From Candidatus Kapaibacterium sp. (lineage in GTDB: Bacteria; Bacteroidota; Ignavibacteria; Kapaibacteriales; UBA2268): a stretch of 64,000 bases of DNA. The notes beneath the pieces were generated by a model. That model was not told the DNA's origin and made no database searches. It worked only from the letters and a program-made list of their open reading frames with translations. The stretch spans positions 2,528,001-2,592,000 of the forward strand of contig OY762428.1 of the NCBI GenBank assembly GCA_963665665.1, read 5' to 3'. The translations under genes and the position numbers were made by a program. Within the stretch, counting starts at the first letter, position 1; every line of letters begins with the position of its first letter. This document shows, piece after piece, positions 40,925-50,628 of this stretch.

Positions 40925-41422
40925 ATGGATGATGATAATCAAATATTGAATGAAGATAACAATCCGGAATCAGCAAATACTCATCATACTACTGATTATC
41001 AGAAACCACAGGCTGGTTCATCGGATGATAATAATCCTATAGAGGATTTGCTAATTCAGGCATACAGGCAAGAATCATTCACAGGTCCCTTACCTCACCC
41101 GAAAATTCTTGCTTTATATGAGGAAATTGTCCCCGGAAGCGCCGATAGAATTATATCAATGGCAGAAAACCAAGCTAATCACAGAACTAAATTTGAAAAC
41201 ACATCTCTTGCAATTGACGGTAAACTTGCTGAAAGGGGGCAAATCTTTGCTTTTATAATTGCAGTAATATGTATTATTTCGACAATTGCATTAGCTCTTT
41301 CCGGGCATGATACTGTTGCAGGAGTTTTAGGTGGTACAACAATTGTTGGTTTAGTCACAACTTTTCTTGGCGTCAGACACAAGAAAAATAAGGAGGCAGT
41401 AGAAAACAGCAAAGAAGAATAG
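40925..41422 (+). CDS. DUF2335-family membrane protein
   Basis: SFTGPLPHP..L..YE.I.PG.ADRII.MAE.Q..HR followed by RGQ and two TM helices. Confidence 0.85.
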   Translation: MDDDNQILNEDNNPESANTHHTTDYQKPQAGSSDDNNPIEDLLIQAYRQESFTGPLPHPKILALYEEIVPGSADRIISMAENQANHRTKFENTSLAIDGKLAERGQIFAFIIAVICIISTIALALSGHDTVAGVLGGTTIVGLVTTFLGVRHKKNKEAVENSKEE

Positions 41423-41559
41423 AATTTTCCTCGATATTTTTATTAAATGAAATTCGGTTTCAGATCACATTTCCTATATAATCCCTCCACAATCCCATAT
41501 ATTATTATCAGCTTTGCCTCGTCTTGAAATTATTTGAAACAACTAACAAAAATAAATTT

Positions 41560-42900
41560 ATGTACAATCCTTACGTGTTAATTATCGGGGCAAGCCTTTT
41601 GGTTGCTTTGTCCTACGTGTATGAAATGGTGTCAAAAAAAACAAAGATCCCTTCGGTTCTGTTCCTGATTTCCACAGGGGTGCTGGTTAGTATGCTTCTG
41701 AAATCGCTCGATATAAATATTGAGCAGGGTACTTTTGTTGCATTGGAACTGCTTGGAATTATCGGGCTGATAATGATTGTGCTTGAAGCCGCCACCGACC
41801 TTGAAATTACCCGGGACAAACTTGGTATGATAGGGAAGTCACTCGGTATTTCAATAATTGTTCTGCTGTTTACATCTGTTTCAATAGCCCTGATTATCCG
41901 ATATACGCTTCAGGAGCCATTTTTCAACGCTCTTGTATATGCAATTCCTCTTTCGGTTGTTAGCAGCGCAGTACTTATCCCGAGCGTGCATTCGCTAAGT
42001 GCCGGGAAGAAAGAGTTCATGATATACGAATCTACTTTCTCGGATATTACCGGCATCATGTTCTTTAACTTCATTGTGATACAAAAGGGCGACATTCTGT
42101 CCGTATCCGGAGGATTGTCCCTGGTTGTTACAATTGTTGTTTCCATTGTTTTCTCATATTTGCTGGTTATGTTCTTCAGCAGGCTGAAGGGCGGGGTAAA
42201 ATTATTCCTGATGCTGGCTATTCTGGCGCTTTTGTATGCGATTGGCAAAATGATGCACATGTCGTCGCTGCTGATAATTCTTATCTTCGGCCTTGTTATG
42301 AATAATTCACGTAAGTTCTTCATGGGCAGGCTGAAAAAGTACATTGACTTCAAAACAACCGACATAATCGGCAACGAACTGAAGCTTGTAACGGCAGAGT
42401 CAGCATTTGTTGTCAGGACTTTCTTCTTCGTAACTTTTGGCATGTCGATAGAAATCAGGATGCTTACCGATCCTACTGTAATAATAATTGGTTCCATGAT
42501 TGTAGCTATTTTATACCTGGTACGATATATCAACCTTAAGTTGTTTCTGAAAACAGAAATATTTCCGGAAATATTCCTGGCGCCGAGAGGCCTGATAACA
42601 ATCCTGCTGTTTTATTCTATCCCCGCAACATACCTGATAGAAGATTTCAGCGTTGGAATTTTATTCTTCGTGATACTGGCAACCAGCCTGATAATGATGG
42701 CTGCCCTGATCAAATCGCATTCGGGTGCTGTGGAAGACCTTTCCCTCGGGGGCAGCGGCGGGGAGTCGAGGATGGTTATTGATGCTTCCGGCCCGTATTG
42801 CGAGATACATGATAATGAAAACGGCTACGAAAAATCCAAATGTGCAGATAATATCCGGAAAATAAATCTGAATAATAATTATGATGACAAAACGGAATAG
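41560..42900 (+). CDS. Cation:proton antiporter (CPA family)
   Basis: About 12 TM segments; GLIMIVLEAA, SSAV.IP, YES.FSDI.G, PRGLIT. Confidence 0.85.
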   Translation: MYNPYVLIIGASLLVALSYVYEMVSKKTKIPSVLFLISTGVLVSMLLKSLDINIEQGTFVALELLGIIGLIMIVLEAATDLEITRDKLGMIGKSLGISIIVLLFTSVSIALIIRYTLQEPFFNALVYAIPLSVVSSAVLIPSVHSLSAGKKEFMIYESTFSDITGIMFFNFIVIQKGDILSVSGGLSLVVTIVVSIVFSYLLVMFFSRLKGGVKLFLMLAILALLYAIGKMMHMSSLLIILIFGLVMNNSRKFFMGRLKKYIDFKTTDIIGNELKLVTAESAFVVRTFFFVTFGMSIEIRMLTDPTVIIIGSMIVAILYLVRYINLKLFLKTEIFPEIFLAPRGLITILLFYSIPATYLIEDFSVGILFFVILATSLIMMAALIKSHSGAVEDLSLGGSGGESRMVIDASGPYCEIHDNENGYEKSKCADNIRKINLNNNYDDKTE

Positions 42901-42914
42901 GCAGTAAAAAACAA

Positions 42915-42960
42915 TATCCCGCCCGAAAAATCTTTTGATCCGAATCTCGGAGCGGGATTA
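42915..42960. terminator. Bidirectional terminator-like hairpin
   Basis: atcccgc...gcgggat between convergent genes. Confidence 0.55.
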
Positions 42961-42978
42961 TTAATTTTTGAAGTTAAA

Positions 42979-43353
42979 TTACATAACTTCTTCTGTGAAC
43001 AGCGAAACAATATCTTCCGCTTTAATATTTGCCTGGGAATCCGCAAGGTGAGTCTCGAATTCCGGCAGGCGTGTCAGGCTTAGTTCTATCAATGCTTCCT
43101 TGAAACTTTCAATAGGCTTGGACTGCATGGTATCCAGGGGGTGATTATTGTCCATCTGAATACTATTCTCCAGCTTTGAGAGCCCTTCCATCAGTATGTC
43201 TTTTTGCCACTGTAGTGAAGCAGACTGCTTGTCTTTACTTGTTTGTAATGCGTCTAATTCTTTGGGATCATTACTCTTGGACATCCTGTCCGGATAAACT
43301 GCCGGTATGTTGTATTCAGCAGCCGAAACGTTCCTTATTTCTGTTACTTTCAT
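42979..43353 (-). CDS. Hypothetical protein
   Basis: 124-aa ORF in its own intergenic slot; no recognised motif. Confidence 0.6.
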   Translation of the reverse strand: MKVTEIRNVSAAEYNIPAVYPDRMSKSNDPKELDALQTSKDKQSASLQWQKDILMEGLSKLENSIQMDNNHPLDTMQSKPIESFKEALIELSLTRLPEFETHLADSQANIKAEDIVSLFTEEVM

Positions 43354-43547
43354 GATTTTCCCGTATTTATGAATTTTTTAATAATAATTACTGTTTTTTA
43401 TACTGTTTTATATCTAATAAACAAATTATGTACCAAAAAAATTAAATTAACTGTTGCATATAAATAATAAATTTTTAATTTGTAAAAGTGAGATAAAACA
43501 AAATTTTGAATTAGACATTTATAACTTTCACCGAATCGGAGGTGCCT

Positions 43548-44102
43548 ATGAAAAAAATTCTGCTACCATTATCAATTTTACTATTTGCTTTAGCTTCGTG
43601 CTGTCCTGAACCCAAGGACATGACCAAAGATCAGATTGATGCCGAAAAAGAAGCCATAATCAAAGTTGTAAAAGATTACAACAAGGCTTCGGAGGAAAAG
43701 AATTTTTCTGCCATGGTGGATATTCTTGCAAGTGAAGTGATTTTCTTCGGAACAGATTCATCAGAGATTATCAGGTCCTTTGGTGAGTTTAAACGACAAA
43801 TGCTGGAACAATGGGAACGTTATGACAAAATGGATTATGGCGATCTTGTTGACGTATCAATTCAGATGGACAAAAAGGCAACTTTTGCTTCCATAATCTA
43901 TGGTTCTTCCTGCAAAATCACTAAAGACAATACCGAAAAATTAATTTTCCTGAGAACACAAAGAACTCTCGTAAAGGAAAAAGACAAATGGGTTATCATT
44001 AGCGGTATTGTTGGTGCTGTACAAACCGGCGACCTTCTAACGGATTTGCTTGACAATAATGGCAATCCGATTGATTCCACAAAAACCACTGAAACCAAGT
44101 AA
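43548..44102 (+). CDS. NTF2/SnoaL-like lipoprotein
   Basis: GGAGG RBS; lipobox LASC; F.GTD..E, R.T..L.K....W.I. Confidence 0.75.
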   Translation: MKKILLPLSILLFALASCCPEPKDMTKDQIDAEKEAIIKVVKDYNKASEEKNFSAMVDILASEVIFFGTDSSEIIRSFGEFKRQMLEQWERYDKMDYGDLVDVSIQMDKKATFASIIYGSSCKITKDNTEKLIFLRTQRTLVKEKDKWVIISGIVGAVQTGDLLTDLLDNNGNPIDSTKTTETK

Positions 44103-44128
44103 ATTCAGTAAAACACAACCACTTTCAG

Positions 44129-44162
44129 AGCCGGGACAATTAATGGTTGTTCCGGTTTTTTT
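44129..44162 (+). terminator. Intrinsic terminator
   Basis: agccgggacaa...ttgttccggtt followed by a T run. Confidence 0.75.
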
Positions 44163-44234
44163 GTTAGCGGTTTTTCTTCATGAAGATAATTGATTATCTT
44201 GAGTTTTTGTTAAACAAAAAAATGAAGAAGTTAC

Positions 44235-45602
44235 ATGCAGAAAATAATCGATTATATTGACAGCCACGAAAAAGAGTATCTTGATGAATTGATGGAATTC
44301 CTGAGGATTCCGTCTGTCAGCAGTCAGCCTGATCATAAAGATGATATGGCAAAATGCGCAGACTGGTTGATAGCTAAGATCAAAACAGCAGGAATTGAAG
44401 ATGTTAAACTGATTGAAACTCCAGGCCATCCTATCGTTTTTGCAGAATGGAACGGCGCAGGGCCTGGTGCAAAAACAGTTTTAATATACGGCCACTACGA
44501 TGTTCAACCGGTCGACCCTGTTGAACTTTGGGATTCGGGGCCATTTGAACCTATAATTAAAGATGGAAAAATTTTCGCACGTGGCAGTGCTGACGACAAA
44601 GGCCAGGTTTACACTCATATCAAAGCGCTTGAAGCTTTTATGAAAATTAACGGCACACTTCCGGTAAATGTGAAATTGCTGATTGAAGGCGAAGAAGAAG
44701 CAGCCGAAAGCCACCTTGATGAATTTATTAAAAACAATGCAGACCTTTTGAAATGCGATGTTGCGGTTGTTTCTGATACCGAATGGTTTGCTGCAGGCCT
44801 GCCGTCAATTTGCTATGGCCTTCGTGGTATTTCATTGGCTGAAGTAAAAGTAACAGGCCCCAACAGGGACTTGCATTCGGGTTCGTTCGGTGGCGCTGTT
44901 GACAATCCAATCGAAGTTCTTGCCAACATGATAGCAAGGCTGAAGGATGAATACGGCAGAATTCAGGTTCCGGGCTTTTATAATGATGTTCTCGAACTGA
45001 CTAACGAAGAAAGAAATGACTACGAGAACCTGCCTTTTGATATTAAAGAATACTGCAAAGACCTTGATATTCATTCCGTGAACGGAGAGCATGGATACAG
45101 CACGCTGGAAAGAACATGGGCACGGCCTACTCTGGATTATAACGGTATTTTTGGCGGTTACACCGGTGAAGGATCTAAAACTGTTTTGCCATCCCATGCA
45201 ACAGCAAAAATATCAATGCGCCTTGTGCCGAACCAAAAGGCGGAAGATATCGCTGCAAAGATAGAATCACATTTGAAAACCATTGCTCCTCCAACAGTTA
45301 AAGTTGAAGTATCTGCTTTCGCAGGTGGTAATCCGGTTCTGGTTCCAAGAGACAGCATAGCTGTGAAAGCTGCAATCGTAGCTTTTAAAAAAGCATTTGG
45401 AAAGGATCCCGTATTTATGCGCGAGGGCGGTTCCATTCCAATTGTAGAGCTTTTTGACACAGTGCTTAATGTTCCTACAGCTTTGCTGGGGCTCGGGCTG
45501 CCGTCTGATAATATTCATTCTCCGAATGAAAATTTCGCAGTGGAAAATTATCTTGGGGGTATAAAAGCAGCAGGATATTTCTTTAGTGAAATTGCAATGT
45601 GA
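44235..45602 (+). CDS. M20 family dipeptidase (Dug1/CNDP-like)
   Basis: YGHYDVQP, ARG.ADDKG, EGEEE, DLHSG, REGGSIP, HSPNE. Confidence 0.93.
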   Translation: MQKIIDYIDSHEKEYLDELMEFLRIPSVSSQPDHKDDMAKCADWLIAKIKTAGIEDVKLIETPGHPIVFAEWNGAGPGAKTVLIYGHYDVQPVDPVELWDSGPFEPIIKDGKIFARGSADDKGQVYTHIKALEAFMKINGTLPVNVKLLIEGEEEAAESHLDEFIKNNADLLKCDVAVVSDTEWFAAGLPSICYGLRGISLAEVKVTGPNRDLHSGSFGGAVDNPIEVLANMIARLKDEYGRIQVPGFYNDVLELTNEERNDYENLPFDIKEYCKDLDIHSVNGEHGYSTLERTWARPTLDYNGIFGGYTGEGSKTVLPSHATAKISMRLVPNQKAEDIAAKIESHLKTIAPPTVKVEVSAFAGGNPVLVPRDSIAVKAAIVAFKKAFGKDPVFMREGGSIPIVELFDTVLNVPTALLGLGLPSDNIHSPNENFAVENYLGGIKAAGYFFSEIAM

Positions 45603-45668
45603 TTTTTTATTCCGGTTTATAAACCATACTTTTTGGCAGACATCTGCAAATAATTGATTAGCTTTATT

Positions 45669-45708
45669 AAACAACCTTCTGATTGTTATCTGCATCAGAA
45701 GGTTGTTT
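45669..45708. terminator. Inverted repeat, probable terminator
   Basis: aaacaaccttctgat...atcagaaggttgttt. Confidence 0.65.
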
Positions 45709-45892
45709 ATATCAGATCATGATTCGCCCATAAGCTTTGAATTATATACCATCAGACGACTTAGTTTCGATTAGCAGTTGATTTCATAATTCATATTATT
45801 TCGCTTATGGAAATCAACCCTAAGGAATAAAAAACATTTTATTATTTAACAAAAAGGTTGTAATTTCTTTATCTTAAAGACGATAAAATGAA

Positions 45893-46363
45893 ATGAAGCT
45901 GAAATTTGCCTACATATTATTATTTCTTATCCTATACTTCCTGAACGGATGCGCACCTCTTGTCCGCTTTTCATCAGAGAAAGCTCCGGCAGAAAAAGCC
46001 GGGATAAGTTCATCGGCAAAAGGCCCCGTGTATGAAGAAACAGAGGAAGAGGCTCCGCCCCTGGAGACATTTACAGGTAAAGCTTCATATTATGCCAATA
46101 AATTTCATGGACGAAAAACTGCAAGTGGTGAACTTTATGATAAAGCTGAAATGACGGCAGCACACAGGACCCTCCCGTTCGGTACAGTAATTAAAGTAAC
46201 CAATACCGCAAATAATAAATCTGTGATAGTCCGAGTAAACGATCGCGGCCCTTTCGTGCGTGGCCGTGTTGTTGATCTTTCCAGAGCCGCAGCAGAGGAA
46301 GTTGATATGATACGTTCCGGAGTAATCAACGTGGAAGTTGATGTACTTTCCTACCCTGACTAA
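45893..46363 (+). CDS. rlpA: Septal ring lytic transglycosylase RlpA family lipoprotein
   Basis: GKASYY..KFHGRKTASGE.YD...TAAHRTLPFG, VRVNDRGPF, DLSRAAA; lipobox LNGC. Confidence 0.93.
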   Translation: MKLKFAYILLFLILYFLNGCAPLVRFSSEKAPAEKAGISSSAKGPVYEETEEEAPPLETFTGKASYYANKFHGRKTASGELYDKAEMTAAHRTLPFGTVIKVTNTANNKSVIVRVNDRGPFVRGRVVDLSRAAAEEVDMIRSGVINVEVDVLSYPD

Positions 46364-46427
46364 GTATTCAATTTTTATTGCAATGTCTGCCGCTGTTTGT
46401 TGTGTCTGCGATTCAGCCGGGGGATGA

Positions 46428-46560
46428 GTCTTATTTTGATTTAACTTCGTTTTGAAGTACTGTTTCGCAATAAAGTTTCCCGTTTGATCAGTGCGTGGCT
46501 ATTTCAAAGAATGACTTTGTGGGGTAAACAACCTTTCCAAGTGGGGCTTTGAAAGGAGTG
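46428..46560 (+). repeat. Decayed copy of the four-hairpin repeat
   Basis: tttcaaagaatgactttg...cctttccaagtggggctttgaaaggag matches hairpins 3-4. Confidence 0.5.
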
Positions 46561-46650
46561 TTAATCCAAATTTGTATATTTTGTGAAATGGACTTATTTT
46601 GTTTCTTTTTATAAATCCCTTATTAATTTTTCTATTAACAGGCGGAAAAA

Positions 46651-47349
46651 ATGAGTGAAAAAGTAAGGACGATGTTTTCGAAAATAGCGGGCAAGTACGA
46701 TCTGCTGAACGACCTGCTTTCTATGGGTATTCACAGGCTTTGGAGGAAAAAAGCAGTCAGGGCTGCGGGAACATCAAAAGGGATGAAAATACTCGACCTT
46801 GCCACCGGAACGGGTGACCTTGCGATTGAATTTCACAAAGCAGCCGGAAAAGAAGGCTCGGTAACCGGCGTTGACTTTTGCGAGGAGATGATGATATCCG
46901 CACCCGAAAAAGCCAGGGAAGCCGGTTTCGATATTGAATTTCTTCAGGGTGATGCTATGGATATTAAATTCCCGGATAACAGCTTCGATATTTCCGGTAT
47001 CGCTTTCGGCATCAGGAATGTTGATTCTCCGCTGCAATGCCTTAAGGAAATGTCACGGGTTGTAAGGCCGGGCGGAACGGTCATGGTTTTGGAATTCGGC
47101 CAGCCGAAAGGGCTTTTCGCGCTTATATATAAAATATACAGCAAAACGATTATTCCGCTTATCGGTAAGATCATATCCAGGGACAATGCTGCATATACTT
47201 ACCTGCCCGAAACAGCCTCGAAATTCCCTTGCCGCGAAGATTTTACCAACCTGATGAAACAGACCGGCGCAATGGAGGATTGCCGATATATCAGTTTAAG
47301 CTCCGGCATAGCTTTTATCTATACCGGCAAGGTAAAAAGGATGAGTTAG
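46651..47349 (+). CDS. menG: Demethylmenaquinone methyltransferase (UbiE/MenG)
   Basis: MF..IA.KYDLLN..LS.G.H..W, LDLATGTGD, FGIRNV, VLEF, Y.YL. Confidence 0.93.
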   Translation: MSEKVRTMFSKIAGKYDLLNDLLSMGIHRLWRKKAVRAAGTSKGMKILDLATGTGDLAIEFHKAAGKEGSVTGVDFCEEMMISAPEKAREAGFDIEFLQGDAMDIKFPDNSFDISGIAFGIRNVDSPLQCLKEMSRVVRPGGTVMVLEFGQPKGLFALIYKIYSKTIIPLIGKIISRDNAAYTYLPETASKFPCREDFTNLMKQTGAMEDCRYISLSSGIAFIYTGKVKRMS

Positions 47350-47563
47350 TTCATTGTATTATAGTCCCATATTTATTAAACTTAATTTTAATGCAAACAT
47401 ATAATATTCAACCTCCAACCACACACTGATTACATAAAAATTAATTATATTGCTTATGTGATTTTTATTTCCTTAGTTAATTTATTATTTTTCTCGTGTA
47501 AAATTTCAGGGTAAGAGGAAAATCTACCCTTAGTATATTGTTCTAATATTTATGGAGTTTAAA

Positions 47564-49095
47564 ATGTTACAGAGAAAACGGGTTACCCCCCCCCCCAAAT
47601 TGCGACTTTTGGTTTATTTTTAATCCTGTTCATGTATAATTCTGCATTTTCTGTTGATTGGGAGCATTACGTTCCGGAGCCTTGCGGTTACTATTATGAT
47701 CATGATACCTTCGAGCCTGTTTATTATGAGTGGGAAGAAAGCTATCTTGAAATGGAAATTTGCGATGTTCCAGCATGCCAGGGTTGTTGTTTCACAGTAG
47801 TTTATTCCGAGGACTATTACCCGGAAAGCGGAGGCGGATATACATACATGCTTTATATTCACGGCGTTTTTTATAACAAAGACGGCTACGCTCCCAATTG
47901 TGAGAATTGCAATCTTGAGGATGTTATTCTTCAGTTTCTTAAAGAATTGTATGAAGAAAAAAATGGCGATGAAGAATTTTGGGATTACCTCGCGCGGCCA
48001 GCAGTCGGTGGTACAGGCCAATTTTATACGCGTGCAAGATGTTATGATGCCGCTGGCAATTTTTGTGGCGAAGGCTGTTGTGAAAAGGAGTACACTTTAA
48101 TTACTCAGAATACTGACGCAGATCCTTATGCAGACCAGGCAATAATAAATCAAATAGCTTGGTCAACAATACCAGATGATTTCTTGCCGGCATGCACTAC
48201 TGAAACTTGCACTACAATGAAATGTATGGATATTCCGTTCCAGCCTTATGGTTCTATTTATTGTGGCGAAGATATTCCTTGCAACTATGGAGAATGGGAA
48301 GAAGTAGAAGAAACAATTTCACTTAATGATATTGATGGAAATGAAACTGATTGCGATGGATGTACTGTAACGTTTACTTATCGTTGGCGCGAAACAGAAG
48401 CCGGTTGTGAGCCAAGTTATACTGATCTGGAAATTATTAGTTCTCTTGAAGTTTCAGAATCATGTCAATGTTCAACAGCAACACTCTCCAATCTCTATAG
48501 TTATGTGATTAATTGGTTGCTTTTAAATGGCGAACAGGTTGAGTATTTAGGCGATGGTGATTGTATTTTTAATACAAGAGTATTATCCAAATCTTGTTGG
48601 ACTCAAAGTGATACTGATGATAATATTTTCTATTTCTGTGATCCTACTCCCTGTTGCTGGGCTATTTATAAAATTTGTAATTACGGTGGTGCGATAGTCA
48701 AAACATTAATTGAAACAGGGGGTACTGTAGAAACTCCTGAATGTGATCCCACGGCGGCCTGTGAGCTTGTATGCGATGCTTTTCCAGACCTAAAAGCGCA
48801 ATACAGAATAAAAGATAATGTAGAGGAGCCTGTTGAGGAAACTTCATCATATATACTTCCCAACCCCGCTAACGATTTTATTGAGATTAATTTTCTGTCC
48901 AATGATAATGGGCCTTTCGAATTAGTAATATTAAACGTTCAGGTCGAAGTTATTGCAGTTCATAATTTCAACAAAACAAATATTAAATTCTCTCAAAAAA
49001 TTGACGCCAATAATCTTATCACGGGTAATTATTTCTACCAGGTAAGGATGAATGGTAGCATTGTATCAAAAGGTATGTTTAATATTTTGAAATAA
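47564..49095 (+). CDS. Cys-rich acidic secreted protein with T9SS CTD; signal-peptide exon out of frame at a C11 tract (47586-47596)
   Basis: GGAG RBS + ATG 47564 is 68 nt from the ORF-track ATG 47632; one more C restores MLQRKRVTPPPQIATFGLFLILFMYNSAFS-VDW. About 30 Cys; CTD ILPNPAND...GNYFYQV. Confidence 0.8.
47586..47596 (+). repeat. Poly-C (C11) simple sequence repeat
   Basis: ggtta-ccccccccccc-aaattg in an otherwise AT-rich region. Confidence 0.9.
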
Positions 49096-49108
49096 TTTCT
49101 TTTTTCTT

Positions 49109-49131
49109 AGGGGGGCTTAGTTGCCCCCTTT
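49109..49131 (+). terminator. Hairpin/terminator between the Cys-rich gene and the propeller array
   Basis: aggggggc-ttagtt-gccccct followed by T/A-rich sequence. Confidence 0.6.
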
Positions 49132-49161
49132 ATTATTCATCAACAAAAAGAGTAACATCAG

Positions 49162-50544
49162 ATGAAAATATATTATACAATATTTCTAATTACAATTATT
49201 TCCTCTCTTTCACTTTTTCCGGGCGAGTGGAGAACTGTAGATCATTATAAAGATTATTCCGAAACAGCAGTAAAATATTCATGTATTGATTGTATAAATG
49301 AAGACACATGTATTTCTTTTGGCCACGAAAGTTCTTTCAATATAAGAGAAAGGCATACATTTGAGGGTGGAAAAACCTGGGAAACAGGTCTGGAAATCAA
49401 TGGTTTCCATGATAGCAGCGGAAGATATCATGATTCGCCAAGAATGTGGTACGTTGATTATCTTAATAAGGATTTTTGCATTGCCATTGGAGATTCAGGA
49501 TGGATATACAGGTCAACCGACGGGCTGAAAACATGGGAAAAAGACAGCGTTCCTGAATATGAAAACAGTATATCGTTTATTCACATGCATGATGAGAATT
49601 TCGGAGTAACAGGATGTATAAATTTTTACATTACTCTTGACGGAGGCAGGAACTGGAAAAGCTATGATTTTAACAAATGTATTGAATTGCCGGATTCAAT
49701 GATTTTCTTTGGCACACAGGAAGCCTGTATATCGCAGGACGGAAAAGCAATTAAAGTTCTTGCTATTGACAGCATTGGAGTGGATCAATGGCATGAATAT
49801 ATTATTTCTTCTTCCGATACGGGCAAAACATGGGAGGTCTATCCCCACACTCCTCAAAGATTAAGTTTTCTGTATTTTTTTGATAATCTTCACGGTTTCG
49901 GCTGCGGAGGAGACAAAACATCGATTTATTCTACTACACGTAAATCATGTATATATTATACAAGCGACGGCGGGAAATCATGGGAAACAAGATTGGATAC
50001 ATTTAATGTACCAAAAAGAGACTTGAGGGAAATGCAATTTACTACTGAAGATACTGTTTATGCAAATGGGATAAGAAATAATGTGTGGCTTTCGACGGAC
50101 GCCGGACTTACCTGGAATATGACGGACAGCCTGAATAGCAAAGCTTGGGAAAATATTAATTCATACATTAGCGATTACTGTTTTCTTAAAAATGAAGTTA
50201 TATACGGCAGTTACTGGATGTACGGAGCAATTGTTAAATGGGAAGGCAAGCCCGTCGGTGTGGAAAGCGCCGCCCAGCCGGAACAGGAAGCCATACTTTA
50301 CCCCAACCCTGTAAGCCGTGGAGGCAAACTGAATATCCGTCTTCTTCACGACCGCTTTGCAAAAATCAGCATCAGCATCCTTTCAGCCGACGGACGTACC
50401 GTTGAAAAGCCATACACGGCGGAACTTCTCCCCGGTATGAATAAATTCGAATATAAAAACTGCGGGCTTACTCCCGGCGCGTATATTCTCCGTATATACA
50501 ACCCCGGCAATTTTGTTATTCACGAGAAATTCATTGTGGAATAG
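49162..50544 (+). CDS. BNR/Asp-box (YCF48/VPS10-like) propeller protein with T9SS CTD, tandem copy 1
   Basis: TFEGGKTW, STDGLKTW, TLDGGRNW, SSDTGKTW, TSDGGKSW, STDAGLTW; CTD LYPNPV...TPGAYIL. Confidence 0.88.
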   Translation: MKIYYTIFLITIISSLSLFPGEWRTVDHYKDYSETAVKYSCIDCINEDTCISFGHESSFNIRERHTFEGGKTWETGLEINGFHDSSGRYHDSPRMWYVDYLNKDFCIAIGDSGWIYRSTDGLKTWEKDSVPEYENSISFIHMHDENFGVTGCINFYITLDGGRNWKSYDFNKCIELPDSMIFFGTQEACISQDGKAIKVLAIDSIGVDQWHEYIISSSDTGKTWEVYPHTPQRLSFLYFFDNLHGFGCGGDKTSIYSTTRKSCIYYTSDGGKSWETRLDTFNVPKRDLREMQFTTEDTVYANGIRNNVWLSTDAGLTWNMTDSLNSKAWENINSYISDYCFLKNEVIYGSYWMYGAIVKWEGKPVGVESAAQPEQEAILYPNPVSRGGKLNIRLLHDRFAKISISILSADGRTVEKPYTAELLPGMNKFEYKNCGLTPGAYILRIYNPGNFVIHEKFIVE

Positions 50545-50551
50545 GATTTTA

Positions 50552-50584
50552 AACCATCCGAAGGTTCGGAACCTTCGGATGGTT
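50552..50584. repeat. Perfect 33-bp palindrome, copy 1 of 3
   Basis: aaccatccgaaggttc-g-gaaccttcggatggtt. Confidence 0.9.
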
Positions 50585-50628
50585 ATGAAAGCAATACTGT
50601 TTTTTTACAAACAAAAAGAGTAAATCAA

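Noticed and set aside
41910-42533. Long antisense ORFs (207 aa here; 210 aa at 54166-54798; 162 aa at 27776-28264)
   Set aside because: They overlap well-supported genes on the opposite strand and show no recognisable motifs.
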